In this document: in pieces, positions 9,031 to 16,162 of the stretch
How positions within the stretch are numbered: the first letter of the stretch is position 1
Layout: each line of letters opens with the position of its first letter
From: Chloroflexota bacterium
GTDB lineage: Bacteria > Chloroflexota > Limnocylindria > Limnocylindrales > CSP1-4
DNA length: 33,017 bases
Reading direction: 5' to 3'
Assembly: GCA_003171035.1 (NCBI GenBank)
Contig: PMXR01000027.1
Coordinates: forward strand, 41,040 to 74,056
Translations under genes and position numbers: made by a program
The notes under the pieces: generated by a model
The model's database searches: none
Seen by the model: only the letters and a program-made list of their open reading frames with translations
Told to the model about the DNA's origin: nothing

Positions 9031-10692
9031 GTGAAGACCCTTCGACCTGGGGCGCTTTGGCCACGCGCGACGGTGGCGGCCCTGTTGGCCCTTGCCGCGA
9101 TCATCGCGATATCGGCAGTGCTGGTCGCGGCCCATCCGGCCGCCGCTCCGTCGGCTTCGGCCACTGCCCCCGGCGCCGGCGCCGAGACCAGCCCAACTAT
9201 CGACCCGAGTCTGATCGGTTTCGACTGCTCGACTACGGCACAGGCTCCCAATCCGACTCCGGACGCGACCGCTGTTCCGAGTCCGCTTGAGCCGGGTTCC
9301 GCTCCGCGGGGGTGGCCGGTCAAGCTCACCAACATGGAGCGCGAGGGCCGTCTGGCACCGGACGGCACCTCATACTTCATCGAGAGCGGTTACCTGGTGG
9401 CCGTCGACGCGTCGGGGCGCGAGCAGACGGGCTGGCCTCAGCCGCTCGGCATTCCGACCGACCTCAACACTCCGATGGCGTTCGGATCGGACGGGGTCGT
9501 ATACGTCTGGTCCGACAGCACGGTCGACGCATTTCGGGCCGACGGCACGAAACCGGCCGGCTGGCCGTACCACACGGCCGCTGTCGAGGACGTTCTGCCG
9601 GTTCCGCAGGGCGTGTTTGTTGAGTCGGCGCCGTCGGGCTGGGCGGGGTGCCGTAATGAAAGCCACCTCATGACCCTGATTGCCGCGGCAGGAGTGGCGC
9701 AGCCCAGCTGGAGAGTTCAGGGAGATATCGCCGCGGTGGGCCCGGATGGGACCATCTACACGAGCCAGGGCGACTCCGTCTTTGCCTACCGCAGCGACGG
9801 GGCGGTCATGTCGGGTTGGCCCGCAACCGGCTGGAGCCGCGTAAGCATCGACTTGAGTGGCCGCGTCTACCTGTCGTCGTGGAAGTTCAGGCCCATCACC
9901 GGGATATCGGCGGAAGGTCCGGGCCTGGCCCTGGAAACCAGAATCGCCGCGGTGGACCAGACCGGCCACCCCACCGCCGGCTGGCCGGTCACGATCGAAG
10001 GCGGCGCCTCGGAGCCGGCTTTCAGCCCCGATGGCGCCGTCTACTTGACCACGGAGATTTACGCTTCGGGCTCTCTCACCCCCACCGAAACCGTCCTGGC
10101 TCTTGATGCGTACGGCAAGCCGCAGCCCGGCTGGCCGATCCGGTTGCCGACCGGGAGCTATCTGCTGGCGAGCCTCCCGAGCATATCGGCGCCTGCGCCG
10201 GATCCGCCTCAAGTCGGCCCCGACGGGACGATCTACTTCGGCGCAGATACCGCCGATCCAAACAACCCGGGCACCATAGAGGAGGTGGACCCGTTCGGGC
10301 GGGTCAGGCCCGGATTCCCGGCCTCAGTAGATTGGTCGACGACCAGCAACATGTTCTCCGGGCCCGGATCGGGCTGGTTCGCGGTCGGCCGCACCGGGCT
10401 CGTCTTCGAGATAGACAACTACAGCATTCTCGCGATCGGTCCGAACGGCAAGAATGCCTCCGGCTGGCCGGTCAAGGCGCCCGCGCACGCGATAATCATG
10501 GCTGCAGCTCCGGAGCCCGACGGTGGGCTCCTTGTGCAGCTGCTCAATAGCAGCCTCGTCATCGCTCCGGGCGCGTCTGTCGGGCATGGGAGTGCGCAGC
10601 GGCTGGGCGATCCCTTGGCCGCCTTGGCACCGGACTTCCCGGGGACCCTCACGGTGATCCGCTATCTCCCCGACGGGAGGGTGGCCGGGTAG
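9031..10692 (+). CDS. Secreted GWP-repeat beta-propeller-like protein
   Basis: Signal peptide and P/T/A linker, then eight G[WF]P motifs interleaved with [AG]PDGTxY-type strands; GGGGGA RBS before GTG. Confidence 0.75.
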   Translation: MKTLRPGALWPRATVAALLALAAIIAISAVLVAAHPAAAPSASATAPGAGAETSPTIDPSLIGFDCSTTAQAPNPTPDATAVPSPLEPGSAPRGWPVKLTNMEREGRLAPDGTSYFIESGYLVAVDASGREQTGWPQPLGIPTDLNTPMAFGSDGVVYVWSDSTVDAFRADGTKPAGWPYHTAAVEDVLPVPQGVFVESAPSGWAGCRNESHLMTLIAAAGVAQPSWRVQGDIAAVGPDGTIYTSQGDSVFAYRSDGAVMSGWPATGWSRVSIDLSGRVYLSSWKFRPITGISAEGPGLALETRIAAVDQTGHPTAGWPVTIEGGASEPAFSPDGAVYLTTEIYASGSLTPTETVLALDAYGKPQPGWPIRLPTGSYLLASLPSISAPAPDPPQVGPDGTIYFGADTADPNNPGTIEEVDPFGRVRPGFPASVDWSTTSNMFSGPGSGWFAVGRTGLVFEIDNYSILAIGPNGKNASGWPVKAPAHAIIMAAAPEPDGGLLVQLLNSSLVIAPGASVGHGSAQRLGDPLAALAPDFPGTLTVIRYLPDGRVAG

Positions 10693-10840
10693 CGGCGTAG
10701 GCGACCACTCGCGCGCCCCCGACCGATTGGGCTGCGATCGCCGGCGCGGAGTCGTTCGTGCACCGTGAGGCTTGCCCCCACCTTCATGATGTGAGCGTCT
10801 GGCGGCCATGGGCCGTCGCTCGGAACGAGAAGGAGCACCG

Positions 10841-12154
10841 ATGACATCGACCGTCGAGCCGGCCGCCGCGACTCGGGCGACGTTCGGGGTGCACTCGGAG
10901 GTGGGCAAACTCCGTCGGGTGATGCTCCATCGGCCGGACCTCGAGCTCAAGCGCCTGACACCCGCGAACCACGACGAACTCCTGTTCGATGACGTGCTCT
11001 GGGTGAAGCGCGCAAGCCAGCAGCACGACGCTTTCGCGGATCTGCTCCGCGGTCGCGGAGTGGAGGTCCTGTACCTCGAGGAACTCCTGACCGAGACGCT
11101 CGCCCTGGCCGACGCCCGGCGGTGGGTCCTCGAGCGTGCGGTCACTCCCTTCACTCTCGGCGCTGGGATGGCCGATGAAGTCCGAGCCTACCTCGACGAG
11201 GTCGAGCCGGTGGTCCTGGCGGACCATCTCATCGGCGGGCTCACCAAGCGCGAGGCCGTCGACGTCCTCGGCGGTCGCGCCGGCCGCGACATCGCGCGCG
11301 GGGTCGTGGGACGTGGGTCGGTCGTCGTCTCGGCCATGACAGACGACGACTTCGTCCTGCGCCCGCTGCCGAACACCTACTTCACCCGGGATTCCTCGGC
11401 CTGGCTCTACGGCGGCGTCGTGGTAAACCCGATGTACTGGCCCGCGCGCCGGCTCGAGGCGCTCAACGTCGAGGCCGTCTACCGCTTCCATCCGCTCTTC
11501 CGCGACGCCGGGTTTCAGTTCTGGTACTCGCGGGAGCAGGAGGGTGATTCGTTCGGCCGCGTCAGCTCCGAGGGCGGCGACATGATGCCGATCGGCAACC
11601 GCACCGTGCTCATCGGGATGAGCGAGCGCACCACCGGGCACATGATCGAGAAGATCTCGCTCTCCCTGTTTGCCGCCGGCGCCGCGGATCGAGTCATCGC
11701 GGCGGGGATGTCGCGGGATCGCGCCCACATGCATCTCGACACGGTTTTCACGTTCCTCGACAGAGACTGCGTAACGCTGTTCCCGTCCGTGGTCGACTCG
11801 ATCACGGCGTACTCCGTCCGTCCGGACGATCGGGCCGGCGAGCTGGACGTACGCCGCGAGGCCTCGTTTCTCGGCGCGGTCGGCGACGCACTCGGGATCA
11901 AGGACCTCCGCGTGATCGGGACCGGCGGCGACAGCTGGCAGGCCGAGCGCGAGCAGTGGGACGACGGCAACAACGTGGTCGCGCTCGAGCCGGGCGTCGT
12001 TGTCGCCTACGAACGCAACGAGTCGACCAACGAACTGATGCGGAAGGCCGGAATCGAGGTCCTCACCCTCGACGGTTCCGAGCTCGGCCGCGGCCGTGGC
12101 GGCGGCCACTGCATGACCTGCCCGCTCCTCCGCGATCCCGCCAGTCATGTCTGA
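10841..12154 (+). CDS. arcA: Arginine deiminase
   Basis: [44 protein letters not shown] and [16 protein letters not shown] catalytic motifs; AGGAG RBS at 10831. Confidence 0.96.
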   Translation: MTSTVEPAAATRATFGVHSEVGKLRRVMLHRPDLELKRLTPANHDELLFDDVLWVKRASQQHDAFADLLRGRGVEVLYLEELLTETLALADARRWVLERAVTPFTLGAGMADEVRAYLDEVEPVVLADHLIGGLTKREAVDVLGGRAGRDIARGVVGRGSVVVSAMTDDDFVLRPLPNTYFTRDSSAWLYGGVVVNPMYWPARRLEALNVEAVYRFHPLFRDAGFQFWYSREQEGDSFGRVSSEGGDMMPIGNRTVLIGMSERTTGHMIEKISLSLFAAGAADRVIAAGMSRDRAHMHLDTVFTFLDRDCVTLFPSVVDSITAYSVRPDDRAGELDVRREASFLGAVGDALGIKDLRVIGTGGDSWQAEREQWDDGNNVVALEPGVVVAYERNESTNELMRKAGIEVLTLDGSELGRGRGGGHCMTCPLLRDPASHV

Positions 12155-12204
12155 ACTGTCCATGGCGGCGAGCGCGGCCCCAGCCCTGTCACTAAGGGGG
12201 CAAG

Positions 12205-13005
12205 ATGGCCACAGTCATATGGTTCTTCGATCAGCTGTACGTGCCCAACGAACTCAGGTTTGATGACTTCGCCATTCTTCCGGTTCGCGCCGAAGACTGC
12301 GCCATGCACGAGGCCGCGAAGTCGTTCGCGACTCTTTTCGGTTTCGAATTCGCGTTCGCGAGCTGGCAGACGCCCACCGTGGACATGGTGGCCATGGTCA
12401 ACAGGGGAGTCCAGGCGGCGACGATCGAGGAAGCGATGTCGTCGACGGCGCCCAGAGTCATGGCGGCTGCGTCGGCTCTCGTGTACAGCCAGTTCGGGCG
12501 TGGCAGGCCGCTGGGAGCGTTCGTCGACCTGGGAAACGGGGAGTTCGAAGCGAGGTACGTGCGCGCGGACTACCGAAAGGTCACGGATGTGCCCATCGTC
12601 TCGGAGCAAGAGGAGTTGCTCAGAATGATCGGCGCGTTCACCGACCATCCGCAGGCGAAGGTGCTCGCCGATCTGTTCTCCGAAGCCTGCCGCGACCCTA
12701 ACCCGTCCGCCGCTATCGCGCGCCTGTGGGCGATTCTTGAAGCACTCGCGGATCGCTTCCCCGGACGAAAACACCAGAAGGTCGCAAGGGCCTTGTCGCA
12801 TCTCGGAATCGTCAATCCCGTGGCGAGGGGCGGCACGCTGACTCAGCGGGCCTACCGAGTCCGAAGCAAGCTGATGCATGAGGGGAGATTCGGCGCTACC
12901 GGCGTGGCCACGGAACTGAAGGCGGAACTCGCGGACCTGGTGTGGTTGGCGCTACGCCGAGCGGACTTGCGTGAGGTCGATCCGGCTGGAACCTACTTGC
13001 CCTGA
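12205..13005 (+). CDS. HEPN-domain protein (ApeA/MauJ-like), putative RNase
   Basis: Helical C-terminal half with LWAILEAL followed by YRVRSKLMHEG (R-x4-H HEPN motif); AAGGGGG RBS. Confidence 0.62.
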   Translation: MATVIWFFDQLYVPNELRFDDFAILPVRAEDCAMHEAAKSFATLFGFEFAFASWQTPTVDMVAMVNRGVQAATIEEAMSSTAPRVMAAASALVYSQFGRGRPLGAFVDLGNGEFEARYVRADYRKVTDVPIVSEQEELLRMIGAFTDHPQAKVLADLFSEACRDPNPSAAIARLWAILEALADRFPGRKHQKVARALSHLGIVNPVARGGTLTQRAYRVRSKLMHEGRFGATGVATELKAELADLVWLALRRADLREVDPAGTYLP

Positions 13006-13136
13006 GAATGCCGAGGGGGCACGGCCGAGGGCGACCTCCCGAACCGAGGGTTTCCATCCTCGCGGGACCAGCCCGCACCGCCCATCCTGCAACTCAAGTG
13101 TGCCGCCCGGCATCCTTCCTGCGAGGTTCCATTGCT

Positions 13137-14390
13137 GTGGTTGCGCCCCTAAAACCTCAAGAGGCTGCCAGCCCCCCGCTCGCTGCCATGGGCGCGTCCG
13201 CGCCGGCCGGGCCCCAGAACACGAGCCAAGGCTACGTCCGTCCGCCCGGCCGAGAGATCGCCGGCCTCACCCGCGCCCATCGCGACGAGCCCGAGGCCCC
13301 GACTCAGGCGTCGGCCCAGACTCAGGCGTCGGCCCCGACCTCGGTTCCTGCACCTCCGACGCCCCCGGACGTCCCGGGCATCACGCGGGCTCGCCACGAA
13401 GAGGGGGAGATTCCTGCAGTACGACCAAAGCTGGAGCCTCTCTTCTCCAATGAAGGCATGGTGCGCCTTGCCGAAGCGCAAGAGAAGAGTCGCGTCCTCG
13501 GGCCTGCAGCCGGCGTGATCGGTGCGCTGGTCGTTTCCGGAACCGCCCTCGGCCGTGGACTTGGATCACACCTTCCGGGCACGAAGAACGCTGCCCCGAG
13601 CCGCAGCCTCCCACCCGTCGACGACCCGCGCGCACGCGGTGGCAGACGCCGAAGAGCGGCAGGAGCGCTGATACTTGCCGGTCTGTTGGGCGTCATCACC
13701 ATCGGCTTCGGTTCGGCCGCCGTCCTCTCGCTGATGCCGAATAGCACCGGCCTCGCCAGCGGCCCAGGTGACTCATCGAGTATTGCCGTGGGCGTAGCGA
13801 GCATGCAGCCGTACGGCAGTTCAACTCCGGCCCCAAGCGCCGCGCCCACGAGCATCGTGATGGGCGAAGGCCCTCTTGCTCCCGACCCTGTGGGCCAGAT
13901 GGCCGCGCCCGCTGCGACCGGCACGCCAAAGTTACCCACTCCCAAGCCACCCGTGAGCACTCCCAAGCCGCCCACTCCCAAGCCGCCCACGACGCCGCCC
14001 ACGCCTGCGCCCACGCTTGCGCCCACGCTTGCGCCCACGACGCCGCCCACGACGCCGCCCACGCCTGCGCCCGCAGCGAACTCGGTTGCCTTTGAGCCGG
14101 CGGGGTCGACCAACGGCAGCCACACGGCGACCTATTCCGTTCCGCGCGGAACGAACTTCACCTTCATCATCGATGGGTTGGGCGGCGCCCGATGCTCGCT
14201 GTCGTCCATTCCGCACATGGGCGGTGCGCCCCGCAACCAGCTTGTCCCCGGCAATGTGTCCCAGGTGAATTCGATCATCCTGACGACCTGGGGAAGCAAT
14301 TGGCCCGTAGGCACCTATACGGTGACTGCCACCTGCACGCTCGCTGGGCAGCCAACGGCGACGGCGTCCCAGACGGTCCACGTCAACTAA
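13137..14390 (+). CDS. Membrane-anchored Pro/Thr-stalk protein with 2-Cys C-terminal beta domain
   Basis: RRRR plus TM helix, PTPKPP/PTLA repeats, and C-terminal GARC...TVTATC. Start uncertain (ORF open from 13008; GAGGT precedes GTG at 13137). Confidence 0.65.
   Translation: MVAPLKPQEAASPPLAAMGASAPAGPQNTSQGYVRPPGREIAGLTRAHRDEPEAPTQASAQTQASAPTSVPAPPTPPDVPGITRARHEEGEIPAVRPKLEPLFSNEGMVRLAEAQEKSRVLGPAAGVIGALVVSGTALGRGLGSHLPGTKNAAPSRSLPPVDDPRARGGRRRRAAGALILAGLLGVITIGFGSAAVLSLMPNSTGLASGPGDSSSIAVGVASMQPYGSSTPAPSAAPTSIVMGEGPLAPDPVGQMAAPAATGTPKLPTPKPPVSTPKPPTPKPPTTPPTPAPTLAPTLAPTTPPTTPPTPAPAANSVAFEPAGSTNGSHTATYSVPRGTNFTFIIDGLGGARCSLSSIPHMGGAPRNQLVPGNVSQVNSIILTTWGSNWPVGTYTVTATCTLAGQPTATASQTVHVN
13935..14073 (+). 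repeat. Intragenic tandem repeats encoding TPKPP, PTTP, PTLA and PTPA
   Basis: Repeated CACTCCCAAGCC, GCCCACGCTTGC and GCCCACGACGCC units. Confidence 0.85.
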
Positions 14391-14671
14391 TCTTCGGCGC
14401 GGTTTCAGCCGGCCTGTGCCCGCGCGGAGCCATGGATCCCCGAGGGTATGCCAGAAGCGTCGCGCCGGCTGCCCGGCTGGCGGCGAGGTAGCGTAGTCGG
14501 CGACCCGACAGGACTCAAGCCGACACCATACGGGTGAGGGTGCAAGCCGACGCCAACTGCCTTGACCGCCAGCCTCGGCTTGACTAACTTGCGTTCCGGG
14601 ATCGACCATCAGGGCCCGGCGCGCCACCGTTCGAGCTTACCCGGCGTCCGACAGCAGGCTAAGGCCTTCTA

Positions 14672-15778
14672 GTGATTGAGAAGCCACAGTCGGGGCGTTT
14701 ACTGCCGTATCAGCGTAAGGCCCTTGAGCATATTCAGGAGCTCGCGGCTCGTTTGAGCTCAACGGCTCGCGACGACATACGCGCCATCCTGGTAAGAGCA
14801 GGACTGCACGAGAGCGTCTACGACGACGCCATTGAGAGCGTCCGCATCCATGCCCGGGTCGCGCTCCATTTCCATCCCGAGCGTCTGAGTCGCACTGGCA
14901 GGACTGTTGCTGACGGCCTGCGTCGGACCGGGGTCTACATGAGCCAGTTCGAGACCGGGCTATCGGGCGGCAGCCCGTCGGCCTTTCCCGGCGGGGAGCG
15001 CGACCAGTGGGAGAGCCAACTCTTTGGCGGTGCCTACCATGAGCCGGACGCCTCACCTGCCGGTCGTCCCAAGTACGGCGCTCTTGCTGTCATGGATCAT
15101 CCCGACGGACCCGCGCCGCGCTTTGGCTCTTGTTACTTCCTGCTTCACGCGGAGGTCTCCAGCCGTTCGACGTTCACCTTCGGTAGCAGCCACGAACCAC
15201 ACGCGCCCGAGCGCACCGGGACGCTCGATGTATTCGATCCGGTGATGGCTCCGTTGCTGGCCCAGCTCGAACGAGGATCCGGAGCCTTCGGCATAGACGA
15301 CTTGACCGTAGCCGGCTTACTCGACCAATTGACAAGCGGGCTGTCGAAGCCTTCCTTCGATCCGCAGACTCGCCCCTTGGGTCGAGCTCTCGACAGCTTC
15401 ATCGAGGCTCAGATACACGGCGACATCCGCTTGAATCAAGACGTAGAGCGGCTCGTTGCCGATCCGGCCTTCCGAGATCATCCAGTTGGCGAATCTCTAG
15501 CGACAATCTCCATGAAGTACGGGATCCCACTCTACTGGCATCCGGGGTTCACGCTGCCCGTCGGCAAGGTTCCGGACGTCTTTCGAGAGTATCCGGTACG
15601 CCCTTTGGCGGAGCGCATCGCCGGACAGGGTGTCCTGGACGCGGCGAACATCGGCGCAATGGCGAACTCGCTGGAACTCGAACCGGAAGCATGGAAAGCC
15701 TGGGCCTCGCACGAGGACACACTCACGCAGTTCAGGCGGTTGTGGCACGTCCTTGTCGTGAATGGTGTGCCCGACTAG
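14672..15778 (+). CDS. DUF3626-family protein
   Basis: ALHFHPER, YMSQFETGLSGG, RPKYGAL, RFGSCYF, RSTFT and FIEAQIHG motifs recognised as this family. Confidence 0.78.
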   Translation: MIEKPQSGRLLPYQRKALEHIQELAARLSSTARDDIRAILVRAGLHESVYDDAIESVRIHARVALHFHPERLSRTGRTVADGLRRTGVYMSQFETGLSGGSPSAFPGGERDQWESQLFGGAYHEPDASPAGRPKYGALAVMDHPDGPAPRFGSCYFLLHAEVSSRSTFTFGSSHEPHAPERTGTLDVFDPVMAPLLAQLERGSGAFGIDDLTVAGLLDQLTSGLSKPSFDPQTRPLGRALDSFIEAQIHGDIRLNQDVERLVADPAFRDHPVGESLATISMKYGIPLYWHPGFTLPVGKVPDVFREYPVRPLAERIAGQGVLDAANIGAMANSLELEPEAWKAWASHEDTLTQFRRLWHVLVVNGVPD

Positions 15779-16071
15779 GCGCTGCGGTGGCCGTGACCAC
15801 GGACGCTGCGCCTTGAGGTCAAGGCACCGCGATAGGCTTCGGCTCTTCGAGATGGACTCGAGCTGGCGATTCCCACGTGCTGGGCGTCGTTCAGCAGCCC
15901 GGCCGCCTGCCGCCGTGACTTCTCATTGAAAGCCCTGCTCGACTACCGATCATCGTGTCCATGTCATCCGCCGATCGGTCCATCCGGCTGCTCGTGGGTA
16001 TGTATGGGGTTTCAACGTGCCTAGAGCCGTTGTGTCCGTCATTCAGGAAGGGTTCAGTCTGATAACCATTG

Positions 16072-16085
16072 TGGGAGCGCTCCCG
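16072..16085. promoter_or_regulatory. LacI-family operator, CelR/CebR-box-like
   Basis: TGGGAGCGCTCCCG is a 13/14 match to TGGGAGCGCTCCCA with a perfect 12-bp palindromic core; about 80 bp upstream of the sugar permease start. Confidence 0.8.
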
Positions 16086-16162
16086 TAGCCTCGCTGCGAC
16101 ACCGGCGGAGTCATCTGTTCCGTAACGCTATTCTTGCGAGCCCACATCACGACACAGGACGC

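Noticed and set aside
14499-14521. GGCGACCCGACAGGACTCAAGCC resembles the reverse complement of a tRNA 3' end
   Set aside because: It lacks CCA and an intact TTC loop and has no second copy; too degenerate to call an att site without a search.
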